Part shown: piece by piece, positions 50,566-62,814 of the stretch
Layout: each line of letters begins with the position of its first letter
Numbering within the stretch: the first letter of the stretch is position 1
NCBI RefSeq assembly: GCF_002105155.1
Contig: NW_019029009.1
Span: 186,001-250,000, forward strand
Reading direction: 5' to 3'
DNA from: Lobosporangium transversale
Lineage: Eukaryota
DNA: 64,000 nucleotides
The notes under the pieces: generated by a model
Told to the model about the DNA's origin: nothing
Seen by the model: the letters and a program-made list of their open reading frames with translations, nothing else
Database searches by the model: none
Program-made: the position numbers and the translations under genes

Positions 50566-52223
50566 TAGCGTAAAAAAAAAAAAAAATTGCGTATTGGGCG
50601 TATTGACATGTACAATACGTATTTTAGGGCAATGCTTACAGAATAAAAAACGACCAACTCTAAAATAAGTAGAGTTAAGAATGGTAATACAAAACCGTTT
50701 TTACGTATTATTCGTACCAGGGCATGCAAACATTTTGTTCACACCAGGCCGTATAAACAAAAATCGACACACATTCTTCTGTTGATACAACACAAATAAC
50801 AAGACAAAATCCACACAAACAGATCATCAAGGTAATAGAAAAGCGATGTAAACGATTCATTAAGCGGAATTCGAATCGCATTATCGCTGTATAGAATAAA
50901 TAAAACAATAAAAAGACATTGACTCAATGCATAATGCATCCCATCGATAGTGAAGACGCTGGCTAAGAAACAAATGTAGGCCTCTCATGCAGGTTCCTAC
51001 TGACATGTTACCTTTGTAACCAATGGTAAAAAAATGTGGCTCTCCTATTGGACTATCAACCAGTGTGTCGTCTATTACTGCTAAAAGCCAAATGAACAAA
51101 CGCCAGACTGACATAGCATAATAAAGGGGGAAATTGCCTTGATGCAATACAGCAAAAACACCCTATCTAAGCGGCGTCAGTCGATGCATCAAGGGGTAAA
51201 TAGCTCGATCACCATCACATCAAGAGAATACCGCCGATACTAAGAGAGAGGGTAGTGAGAGGATGACAAGCCTGAGAGAGAACAGCCGATCTTATTGGAT
51301 ATGTAGAATTTCACAGCCGGGAATGCATTGTTACGCATTAATCATGGCTATTGTTTACACATACACTAGACGTTGACTACTATTGAATGGTACTGAACCA
51401 GTGACCACTGTACATGGCTCTACGTGGGCGTGTTCATTATTACTGGAGATACTCAAGGCTGTCCCTGGCCAATTATAGCTGCTACTGAAAAAGCAGCGTG
51501 TCGATTGACTAATGTGGAAGTGGGGATCGCGGTGGTCAAGGCCCTATCTATCTGTCAGTGATCTATGCCTTCCAAGCTGATGTCGGTTCTATATAAATAC
51601 CCTTCGACCCCTCTGTGTTTTTCTCCTCATCATCTCCCACAACAACCACTACTACAACAAGCTCATCACAACAACAACAACAACAACAACAACAGCCATG
51701 CGTTTCTCTCTCCTCACTCTTGGCCTCATTGCCTTCGCTGCCGTTGTCAAGGCCGACTGCAGCCACTCGAGTGCTCCTCCAGATGATGGCGAGATTGCTC
51801 TGTACCGTGGCCGAGACTGCACTCTGAACTATCTCAATGTCGGTGCCATGAACTCTTGCCAAAACTGGCCTGATTTTGGCGCCTGCTCTGCCATCACCAG
51901 ACGAGGTGTGACCTGCGATATTTACAAGTCTGATGGATGCAGTAGCGACTACATTGCGACGATCGACTCTGCTGGATACCGCAACTTCTGTGGCACGTTC
52001 CCAGACACTGTCCAGAGTGTCCGATGCCGTGCGGCTTAAAAGAGAAAAGGAAAAAGGAGCAAATGAAAAGAAAAAATGAAAAGAAGAAAAGAAACAAACA
52101 AACGCACGCATTATTTTATGTCTGTCCCTGCATCTAGCGTTTATCAATAAACAAATGTGTATTGACATATATGAGTGAGTGGTAAAGAATCGTATAGTAC
52201 TTCAATGTAACCTCTCACAGCTA
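50566..52223 (+). repeat. Right arm of the large inverted duplication
   Basis: Reverse complement of 45963-47635; the only differences noticed are at the inner poly-A/T tract. Confidence 0.95.
51698..52039 (+). CDS. Small secreted cysteine-rich protein, beta/gamma-crystallin-like (copy 2, identical)
   Basis: Same 113-aa translation as 46147-46488. Confidence 0.85.
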   Translation: MRFSLLTLGLIAFAAVVKADCSHSSAPPDDGEIALYRGRDCTLNYLNVGAMNSCQNWPDFGACSAITRRGVTCDIYKSDGCSSDYIATIDSAGYRNFCGTFPDTVQSVRCRAA

Positions 52224-52396
52224 ACCAAATTTGTTGTATTTGTATCGTCTACAATGTATGGAGGTTTAAAAGGCTTGCTTTACTGCCCTATTTTCTTGAA
52301 GCAGCTTATAGCTCCGAGCCTTTGCTTTCGTTTTATTTCCTCACATCCTATACCTCTGAACCTTTACTTACATTTATTATTTCATTTCTTGAAACT

Positions 52397-52906
52397 ATGC
52401 TTGCCACGTGTTCCACACGTTCTCCTATCACACGTTCGCCGTCTGCGCCTTCATCTTCCATACGTCCGCCGCGTGTTAAACGTCCTTGCTCTATTTGTGG
52501 AGCTTCGAGCCATTCGACAACCGTTTCCCAATCGGAAGGATCCACATCGGGCGCGCAACGTATCACCCAAGCACGGCGAACCAAACAGGCTGTTAAACAT
52601 TTCATCCAAGCACAGCCTGTGGAGATTGAAGGGGAGCCACACGGCCAACAGGCGACGGAAGATGAAGAGAAGCTGTATGATAAGGTTGACAACTCCATTG
52701 GCAAGTGTGTCCTGATTGACTTTCTCGACCAAAAGAGAAAAAAAGAGGAGAGAGAACAAGAGGAAAGAAGAGTTAAGAATGCAACTGAGCTTGGGCTTAG
52801 CGTTTGCTTGAACACAGGCTGCTCTTCTCAGCAAAGGTGCATCTATCCTGCTTCAGAACAACGGTACAGAAGGGAGACCAAGCTTACACTGTCAAGTTAC
52901 TACTGA
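52397..52906 (+). CDS. Hypothetical protein or remnant with a zinc-knuckle-like CxxCxxxxH motif
   Basis: ORF contains RPCSICGASSH; no other recognisable domain. Confidence 0.3.
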   Translation: MLATCSTRSPITRSPSAPSSSIRPPRVKRPCSICGASSHSTTVSQSEGSTSGAQRITQARRTKQAVKHFIQAQPVEIEGEPHGQQATEDEEKLYDKVDNSIGKCVLIDFLDQKRKKEEREQEERRVKNATELGLSVCLNTGCSSQQRCIYPASEQRYRRETKLTLSSYY

Positions 52907-53505
52907 GCATTACACACACAAAAAAAAAAAAAGCACGGACCTGAATTAGTTTGATGGATGCATTTTCCAGCCTCAATGATGGCTTCCTTCAAACGCCGTC
53001 CATAGCCTTCATGATATAGTCAGGCTTCAATGATGGGCCCCTTCAGCCATTGATGCATGTGCATGGTTAAATTGATAGAACATTAAAAGTCGTAGAATAT
53101 GAGCGTTGAGAACATTGTTGGCTTTAGTTTAGTCACGTGGAGAGAGTTCGCCACCAACTATTTAACGGGCAACAGCTCAGGAAACTCTGGTTCCTTGTTC
53201 CTTCTTTTACACAAGAGCCATTTGAGTGCTGACTGTTCTCGTTCAGCCTTTGAGTAGTGTATTGTTCTTTTATTGTGTTCGAGAATTATTTCATCTATCT
53301 GTAGCTGGAAGTGGCCGGCTCCACAATCCATCAAAAGGACCCAAAATCTCCTATCCTACCTGCTATTAAGGAATTGAGGTGTAGTCTGTGCCATGCGAAA
53401 TGCTTGAGATTTCATACGCATTCTTTTTTAAGGACAGTGTTGAAATATGACGCAATTGATGGGTTCTTTCTAAATTGTTCATTAGCTCGATCCGACTGTG
53501 TGCTT

Positions 53506-53550
<45 letters not shown>

Positions 53551-54881
53551 AAGCATGGGCTAGTGGTACCGAGGCCAAGATCTTGATATTTCTTTGGGCC
53601 TAATCACTTAGTTATCCTTCAGGCTCTAAACCGGGCGAATTTGCCCAATTAGCTTCCATTAACTCATGGGCAGATTAGATCCAGTTCTCTGTGATTTCTA
53701 CTAGGAGAAAATAGCCGCCCATTGCATGCCAAGGAAGGAAAAAAAATTAATAGCAGTTAATGTAAAAATCAATCGGCAAAAAAAATCAGCAAAAACCATA
53801 TCATCACGATGCACCATGTCCACCATTTACTTGCCTCCACTCCCCTAGCGCACCTGGCAACATTTACCATGTTTTATTCCTTCCTCCCCAGCCTAAAGAA
53901 AAAAAAAGCACCTTTCTGACTCCTTTTTCGCTAGAGGTATGTTATCGAATTTCCATACTGATCTAAAAACGGTTGCCATTCTAGACTTTAAATAGTTGAT
54001 TGATCGCATGCTCAAGTCTTTGACTCTAACAGCAATAGTATCACGGGAAATCGCTAGGTGGCGCTCATAGATGACCCATCAGTGTACGTTGCTACCATAC
54101 CAACCATATCAGTCCCCTAGAACCAGTCCTATCACGATTAAAATACTACCGTAGGTGCGTGGTATATTTGATCGTGATGTGATTGGTACCAAAAATATTG
54201 GCGGGGTGTGCCCCGCGCAAGTGTCATCTCAAATGCGACCTGAGAAGTTTAAGCCCAGGACTGCAGCAGCAAGGACTGCGAGGGGTTTCCTCATTGGCAC
54301 CATTAAGCGCTTGAGATAACAATGATTGGGAGAACGATTCTTCTTTTACAAATCTGTAAGTAAAACAATCATAGTTTTCGTATGCTTGAGCAATACCACT
54401 CTTCCTCCATGAATATTTAATTTAATTTCGACTTGCTACAAACCAAGGAATATTGCTAGGTATGCTTTTATTGCTTGCAGGTATCCTACCTAAGAGGGGT
54501 GCGTTGGTATTCGACCAGGCAAATGAGCCTCACGAGGCGAAGTGCTAGACTGATGCGACCGTTAACGAAGCCACGGGTCGTCCATCTAGCTTATATCTAT
54601 ATTCATAGAGTCCGGGTTACCATATTGGCGATTTCCTCAGCCATATGTCTTCGTATTTTCAACATCTCTGCTGGGCCAATACGAGAATAGCTGGGAAAGA
54701 ACACATTCTGCTGCCAAGCGTTGCTTGACATTTTCATTTCTCTGACAAGAAATCAGTACATGATACCTTCTCAGCACTTATCTCATCGGTTGGAATTCGA
54801 AAAAAGCGAAAAGTAAAACCGCTGTAGTTATATCAAGAATCCCAAAATAATAGAGAAGATCAATTTTGGAGTGAACATGTC

Positions 54882-55520
54882 TTGGGATTGGCGACAGAGA
54901 CCATAACTAATCAGACAGCTGTCGCTGCTCAAGAGGCAGGAACATCGAAAGCCAAGACTTTGTATAAGCACCAAGTGTTGAGTGATGATATTTCAGACCC
55001 AAATGAACCGAATGAACTCCTCCTTGTGTTCATGTTGCTGATGTTGCTGGTAAGTCAACTGTCAACTGTCAACTCTAATAGGCAGTGAGTTCAGAAGAGC
55101 AACTTTCTGTAACTCTCGTCCATATATCTCGCAATAGACTTCGCTGGTATTTTTTTTTACCAAGTTAAACCAATGGGCGAAATTGTCATTGCTGGAAGAA
55201 CTGCCCCAGAAACAATCCAATTACCAAGAGACAGGGGTGACCTTCTGAACTTCCTCGAGGACAGCTCTTTGGCAATTATCTGAAACTTTATTGTAAGTTA
55301 TATTGCACAGCTACCTCCTCGTTGTTGCATGTTCTTACATCCCAACCACTAAAATCTAACTACTACAACTATTAGGAGTCTCTTGAGAAGCAAAGCTCTT
55401 AGATTGAAGACAGCAGAGTAATGCATAGAGCCGGCTCAGGGGAAGGAAAAGTTCGTTCGAAAGGCCAAGGGATACAGCTCCACCTCCGCCAATAGTTCGA
55501 CCGTTTCTCACTAATTCTAT
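54882..55520 (+). pseudogene. Decayed C-terminal part of a fungal restriction-endonuclease-like gene
   Basis: Spliced fragment PCVHVADVADFAGIFFYQVKPMGEIVIAGRTAPETIQLPRDRGDLLNFLE followed by a premature TGA. Confidence 0.4.
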
Positions 55521-55544
55521 CCCTTCATTAACTGATTAGATCAG

Positions 55545-55941
55545 CTTTTCTTTGTAAGTGTGCTCACCTGGCTATATAGATGGTAGGTAATGAAGGGATA
55601 CCCATCCATCCTGTAAAGACTTTGTTGGACAAGCTGCTTGCAATGTAATGGTGACGCATAATGTATGCAATGTTATTCGTGACCACCCAAAGAGACAAGG
55701 ACGACCATATCAACTTCAGCCTGTAGATGCGAAGGAACAGTCTCCTTGGATACATCAAAGAGCGATATCAGTGACAAACACAAGCACAAGAGCAAACATA
55801 GGCACAAGTACATGGACAGACAGAGGGATCAGTCTTAGTCAGAACACAGCGTCGAGTCATGGCCAGAGTAGCAAGCGGCCAGTAACATCTTCAACTCATA
55901 GCAAGCCAGGTGCCTCAAAGAGAGGGCGCGAGAAATATTAA
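55545..55941 (+). pseudogene. Probable decayed Fanzor/TnpB C-terminal fragment
   Basis: Frameshifted FFV...SPGYI.VG.NE, then PSCKDFVGQ...CNVMVTHNVCNVIRDHPKRQGRPYQLQP...PW. This resembles the recalled RuvC-II/Zn-finger/RuvC-III end of fungal Fanzors (GY.VVG.NEY.TS..C..C...RD..A..N.......RP..L). Confidence 0.5.
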
Positions 55942-57125
55942 TTTTTAGGGTAGTTAGAATCCATACTTTAAAAACAACCGCCGTTCCTAGGCCTTTAGTG
56001 CAGTGCCATGCCTTTTGTAAAGTATAAAAAGATAGAGGGTAGAATATAGTTCTGTTATTTTTGAATCGCCTAATTCGCGATCTGACCTTTTGTTTATGTT
56101 CCGTGAGATCTCTGATAAAGGCACTGCTTTTCCCTTCAATAACAGCTTTTTCAAGGCTATCCATCAATGCATCACAAGTAACAGGATTATTTTCCAGAAA
56201 GAGCCCGAAGCAAAATATAGCAGAATTGAAATAGTTGGCTAAAAAAAAAAAAAAAAAAAAAAAAAAACACCATGATATATACAATGTTTAGGTGCTATAT
56301 TATGATTGCAGACCTGCAAAAAAGAACAGCAAAATTGCTTGGGTGAAAAGCCAGCCATTGTTTTTGAGACGCAGTTGTCCTGGAATAACGAAAGGATGTT
56401 ATATGCAACCCCCAGTGACAGAACTGTGGGATGTAGTCCACACTTTGAAAGCAAGGGTATCCAGGCAAATCGACTTCATGCGTGACAGTTCTCTTTGTTT
56501 TTGGGCCTTTCCTCCTCCCAAATGTGACTTGTCCCATGATTCAGATTGGAATAGGTCAAGGTTATGCCTGTTTTTTCTCTTCCTCTGCGCACCCCAGTCT
56601 ATCACAACTCAAAATAACCAGCCATGTCTGATAAATACGCCATTGATCTTAGTGTGAAGCCTGGCGATGACTTGCAAGATGAGGAAATGTCTGGTAATAT
56701 AATTCTGCCATCAATAGAACTTTAAATGGAATCAAAAAATTATGAGGGACATTAAAAAAATAAAAAAAGATTAGTGAGATTACAGAACCAAGCATACTGG
56801 ACACAGAAGGCTGACAAGAATAGCAATATTCTGCTAAGCTTGCGGAGCAGGATGAAAACGAATGCACCCTCGTAATACATTGTCAATACCCGACTTTTTT
56901 TTACTTCGCGAGTGCAGCAGGAATGGACGTGGATCAGGTGAAAGTCGACTTTTAGAAAGATGGTCAGCAGGGGGGAGGGATCACGTCAGAATTTGCTTAA
57001 AGCTTTTATAAAAACGACTGCAAGATTATATCTTGACTAGAACAGGGCTTATCGTTGACTACCCTTCGGAACTAATATTATTTATTGACTAATGACAAGT
57101 GCTACTACCATTCGCTTTCATATAG

Positions 57126-57911
57126 ATGTCCAGGAGATTACCATCAAAAGGAAAGGGCGTGGCTTTCAGAGTGGAGGTAATTGTACACCATTTTCGGGCC
57201 AAAAACGACAGAGCACGGCAAATATTGAAGTTGATAGATGACATTGATTCTCATTTTTTTTTTTATTTTTCTATATCTATTTCAGATCAGCGAGGTGATG
57301 GTGTGCATGGCAGCTCATTCGAGAAGTTAAATTCAAATGATGATAATGCCACTGGGAAGGCCGTGAAATGTAGGGTCTTTGGCAATTGATTGGTATTTTT
57401 CTTTTTTTTTTTTTGAAACTAACAGCATTTTTTTTTCCCCCTTCTTGTTGCTGTTGCTGTTGCTGTTGCAGCTGTTGAGGGTTGGATCGTCTTGATCACA
57501 GGGGTACATGAGGAAGCAACAGAAGAAGATATCCAAGACAAGTTTGGGGAGTTTGGGGAGATTCAAAATATTCATTTGAACCTGGATCGTCGCACAGGAT
57601 TCGTAAAGGTATTGTAGCAAATTTTTTTAAGGGGAAAAAACAAAAGAAATAAGCAAACACAATTTTGACATTTTTTTATTTTAATGTTAATTGACTAGGG
57701 ATATGCACTGATTGAATACGAAAAGTTCTCAGAGGCAGAGGCAGCAATTCAAGCCATGAATGGAGAGAAACTGTTAGACCAAACATTGACTTGCGACTTT
57801 GCATTTGTGAAACCAAACGATGATAGAGGACGCAAAGGATTTACAACACGTAGCAGAGGTGGATATAACAGCCGTCGCTCTGGTCGTTCTAGCAGCCCAG
57901 GGCGTCGCTGA
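57126..57911 (+). CDS. RBM8A: Exon junction complex RNA-binding protein Y14/RBM8A (first exon upstream, not resolved)
   Basis: [61 protein letters not shown]-rich tail. Confidence 0.93.
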
Positions 57912-58649
57912 GAAGTATTAATTATAAATGAATTAAACCAGCGAGAAAAAAAAAAGAAAAAGAAAATTTTTTTATTGTTTATTCAGTAAAAAAAAAAAAA
58001 AAAAAAAAAAAAGTGCTATTGATACCAAAAGGTGCGATATAAGGCATTGTATGCCTCTCGCACTCATACCTGGTTGACATTAGCCATCTAGAAGCATCTT
58101 TAGAGCTATCAGCTTCTCTCTTTGATATACAGGAAAAAACGCAATGGTACACGTTTTAATGATCGAGCATAAAGGTCACGGTACAAATGTACAGAGTATG
58201 CTCGCGCACCAATGTCAACCTAGATCCTGTTCAAGTAGCAGCAAATAGGCAAGCGCTATGGCATCTACTCGTGCAGAGGTTGTCGCATCCCGTACAATAT
58301 CATTATTGTTGGAATATGAATAACAGTTATAAAAAGATGAAGGGATGGAGTCAGCTAGAGTATAGTGCTCGTGTACTTGACGAAAGAAGTTCTTTAGCAA
58401 TCTAAAGCTCAGTGTTCAAAGCTCTTATTCAATGAAACGTGCGGCCGCGACATCACCAATATCTAGACAGCGTGGCAATAACAAAGGCCTGTGAGCCTAC
58501 CTAAAATGTATGATCTCCTCCCACTGCCAGGTGACTGCTAAACTTAATTAAAACTTGAATAAACAAAAGAAACAAAGCTATACCACATACTTTTTTTTAT
58601 AAAAACCTACCTCTTCATTCCTTCCCTCCTTCATTTATTCACATTCAAC

Positions 58650-59367
58650 ATGGGAAAGACACGACCAAGTATGGATGGATGCCTGGATTTACAATGGCTG
58701 CTTTGCATGTCAACCTTTGTATAAATAACGTATTGAAATCATACCCTTTTTATATATATATCAAAGATGTTCACCAGACAAGATATCCACAGCATAACAA
58801 GCAGAAGTCAGGGTTGAGCGAACAAGGTATAGCAAGGGAAAAGGGATCAAAGGAAAATAAAACTGGATAAATTTCTTTCACAGATAAAATTTTTTATTCA
58901 AAATTGTTGGATCAATTGTCCCATATTGATTTGGAGCTTTGGCATTTTGAATATTGAAAACAGAGATATTAACCATTTACTTGTCACTCAAACGCTCAAA
59001 ACGGCATTTTTTTTTTTATAAAGAGGCAGAGTCAATGAAGGAAAAAGTGGCTCGTGAGTTGGAACTAGCCAAAGTGCGCAAGCAAATTGCCGTGTAGGTA
59101 TTTTTTTTTTTTTTTATTTTATTATTATTTTTTCTATTCCCTACTAGGATGACTAAGACAACTTTTGTATGTGCGCCTTTTTTTTGTTTTATAAGTGACA
59201 AACCAAAGAAAACGATCAAGAAAAAGTCACTAAGCACAAAGGCTAAGATACGCAAGGAAAAGACAATGGAACGTGGATTGATGAATGCAGAGAAGGATGA
59301 AGTCAGAGTCGATAAACAACAAGAGAAACAGTCGCGCAAGAAACGCGGCAAGCAAATGTGGGACTAG
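58650..59367 (+). CDS. Small basic protein, Alb1/Ecm1-like ribosome biogenesis factor, multi-exon
   Basis: Start MGKTRP; last exon KKSLSTKAKIRKEKTMERGLMNAEKDEVRVDK...RKKRGKQMWD*. Confidence 0.55.
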
Positions 59368-59546
59368 AGAAAAAAAAAATGGAGGAAGAGGGATTACAAG
59401 GAAATTCAAAATAATGCTCGACTGCAAAATGCGCGGTTGTTCAAACAACAAATACACATTTTTATATACCATGTAATAACAAGAGAAATAAAGCTCCCAT
59501 GTTATTCTATTATTGTCACTCTTGAGCCTTCTAAATATGGTAAAAT

Positions 59547-59640
59547 CTACTTTTTTGACTTGCAGTGGACAGAGTTGAGGCCAGCTTTGTTACGAGCAAT
59601 CTCAATGGCCAAAAACTGCATGCGAGTGACTATGGATATC

Positions 59641-59674
<34 letters not shown>

Positions 59675-60398
59675 CAAAAATTTCAAAAAAAAAAAAAATA
59701 GAACGCTTTCAATTATTGAACTTGCTTCCATTTCTATTACCAAACATGCTGTTGTCCTCTGTGTATTCCTTGCTGGCATCAATCCGGAGCAAGGATCCAA
59801 AGTTATAATCGGTGACTTTACCGCCCTCGTATTTGTTGATGAAATTACGCCATTTCTCCTTCATTTCTGGAGACTTGAAGTCTTTGTTTTCATCTAGCAC
59901 GTCAATCTTGAAATCTGCACCAAATGTTGAGATGAAATCGTTGTAAATTTCGTCGTCAATCCTACATAGAAAAAAAAGAGAAAAAGAAAGAAAAAGAATT
60001 ATCCGGGTTAAAAAACTCTGTGATCAATGCTGTCCGTAATGTCATTAATATTCCAGCTGTCTTTACTCCTAAGATTTCAATCCTGCCTCTGCATACTGCT
60101 TATCTTATTTCATTTTTTTTTTATATAATATAAAAATAAAGAGCATACTTTGTAAGCTTGAGCTTGGATCCATCCATTGCTTGGAGGAGTGAGAAATAAG
60201 TCTCAGCATGGTGCATAGCTTTGACTGCCCACTGCTTTTCTAAAATGTAATATAGCAATTTGGATATAAATCGAATTAAGCTGCCAAGACTTTTTTCTTT
60301 TTCTTTTTCTTCTATTGTTTCGAGTGTCAAGATACTTCTTAGCTCTTCATACCAATTTCCTCGAGTTGCTCCAACTCGTCAGCTGATGGAAGAGACAT
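59547..60398 (-). CDS. PBDC1: PBDC1 (polysaccharide biosynthesis domain) protein, multi-exon
   Basis: EKQWAVKAMHHAETYF, LKLTK, KEKWRNFINKYE, DYNFGSLLRID, RMQFLAIEIARNKAGLN. Confidence 0.92.
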
Positions 60399-60667
60399 GG
60401 CGATGCGTTTGAGTTGATTCAAATACTTTAACTGTGGCAAAAAGACAAAAAAAAAAAAATTGAAGCACCTTGTTTAAAATATTGATCCAGGTTTCAATGA
60501 CTGGCATTAACACGTGATCATTATGGGACGCGTCACGGAGTGCGTAAGAGTGTCTGTGTGCGTGAATGCAGAAAGGGACCTTTCTTTTTTTTTTTTTGCT
60601 TCAACAAACTTACTTCTACTCCTTCTCCATCCTTTTCACAGCATCAAAATTTAACAAGTTACAAACC

Positions 60668-61931
60668 ATGGCTGGCTCTTATGATCGTGCATTGACTGTC
60701 TTCTCACCCGATGGTCATTTGTTTCAGGTGGACTATGCTGTCGAAGCTGTTCGCAAAGGAAGCTGTGTTGTAAGTTGAAAGAGAGAAGACAAGAAGACAG
60801 AAAAAAACAAAAAAAAAAAACGCGTCTTAACATAAACGGCATTTACACTCCAATATATCCCGAGCTGATTTCTGTAAAAAGAAGGCTAATGATTTAATTT
60901 TCTATATTTTTATCTTGATTTTTTTTAGGTCGGTGTCCGTGGCAAGGACGTTGTTGTTTTAGGTGTTGAGAAGAAATCAGTCATGAAACTCCAAGACGAA
61001 CGCACAGTGAAGAAGATCTGTATGCTGGACGAACACGTCTGCCTTGCTTTTGCTGGTGAGCCCTTTTATTGCACAGCACCTTTTTTTACAAGGAAATATG
61101 ATATAAATATATATTTATATCGCAATTGAGACGATCGGAATGCTCAATGGATATCAATTGGTTTTTTTTGCCTTGTCGTATCGGCTCTTAGGACTTTCTG
61201 CCGATGCCCGTGTGCTGGTCAATAAGGCAAGGATAGAGTGCCAGAGCCACAGACTTACAGTAGAGGATGCAGTTTCGATTGAATACATCACGCGTTATAT
61301 TGCAGGAGTACAACAGGTAAGAAAAACATTTAGTGCTTAGTACTACTACTGTTGCTGTTATCACTACTTTATATATATATAATTGTTTTAAGACCAATGT
61401 TGATATCTTTTATTCATTTGTATTTATAGAAATACACTCAAAGTGGAGGAGTTCGTCCTTTTGGAATTTCAACATTGATCATGGGTTTTGACTCAGATAA
61501 GGTACCAAAGTTGTATCAGACAGACCCTTCAGGAGTTTACTCTGCATGGAAAGCAAATTCGATCGGCCGTTCCTCAAAAACTGTCCGCGAGTTTTTGGAG
61601 AAGAACTATAAGGAAGACATGGACAGGGCTGAGACCATTAAGCTAGCAATTAGATCTTTGCTTGAGGTTGTTCAGACTGGCGCCAAGAACATTGAAATTG
61701 CCATCATGGGAAATGATAGTGTCATTAAGGTACTGTTGACGCTCTAAGTTTTTTTTATATTGTGGTCGAGGAACTCAATTGTAATATTTTAATCTAATCA
61801 GGACCTTTTTACTATTTCTTATTATTATTGTCAAACAGCGCTTGGAACTCACTGAGATTGAAGCGGTTGTAGCCGAGATTGAAGCTGAGAATGAGAAGGA
61901 GAAGGAGAAGAAGCCGGCTCCAGCCCAGTAA
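60668..61931 (+). CDS. PRE6: 20S proteasome subunit alpha 4 (PSMA7), multi-exon
   Basis: [66 protein letters not shown]. Confidence 0.97.
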
Positions 61932-62180
61932 TGATAACATCGATACACAATACATTGTATGCAAAAAATAAAATAAAATAAAATAAAATAAAATAAAAAG
62001 TGTCAGTTATTTACCCAAGATTACTACAGACAAAGCTTAAATCAATTCAAATTGACATCTTGTGTTGAAATTTGAGTTGCGCCACCGTTTTTCCTTTTTA
62101 TTTTTTCCTTTCTTTTTCTCCATTCGACGTCTTCCTTGTTCTCTCTTTTTCTCTTTTTAGCACCAATCACTCTTGCCAAC

Positions 62181-62764
62181 ATGATGCTCGCTAACCAGAA
62201 TCAGCCAAAGGACATTGAGGTACCCACTATGGCTATATCTCTTTACTCTCAATTTAGTTTTCCTTTCTTCACCACATCCTGGTTGATCCACGCGTTCTTG
62301 GAACAAAAAACAACAAAAAAACTATCCACTTACATGTGCAATTCGTCTCAACTTTCATGATTAGGTGACATCGCCACCAAATGATGGCATCGCAGAGCTT
62401 GCATTCTCTAAGACAAGTGATTTCCTTGCAGCGGCATCTTGGAATAATGAAGTATAAATATTGAGTGCCACTATTGTTTTTCGCGTCACCTTTGTCGTAA
62501 TACTAGAGTGCTTACTAGGATCCTTCTCTTTTTTTTTCTTTACTTTATTTTATTTTCTTCAATGTGTTTAGGTCCGTATCTGGGAGGTCATGGGAGACGG
62601 ATCTACTGTTGCCAAAGCCATGTATTCGCACGAAGGACCTGCACTGGCGTGCCAATGGAGTGGTGTAAGTCTTCTATCTGCACTTTTCCTAAAAAAAAGA
62701 AAGAAAAAAAAGAACACAGTTATTACGTATTATTATATCTCCCAATCTATTCAAATCTCACAGA

Positions 62765-62814
<50 letters not shown>

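Noticed and set aside
60430..60540. PACE-like TGTGGCAAA, CACGTG and ACGCGT motifs in the PBDC1/PRE6 divergent promoter
   Set aside because: Short or imperfect motifs that cannot be supported without conservation data.
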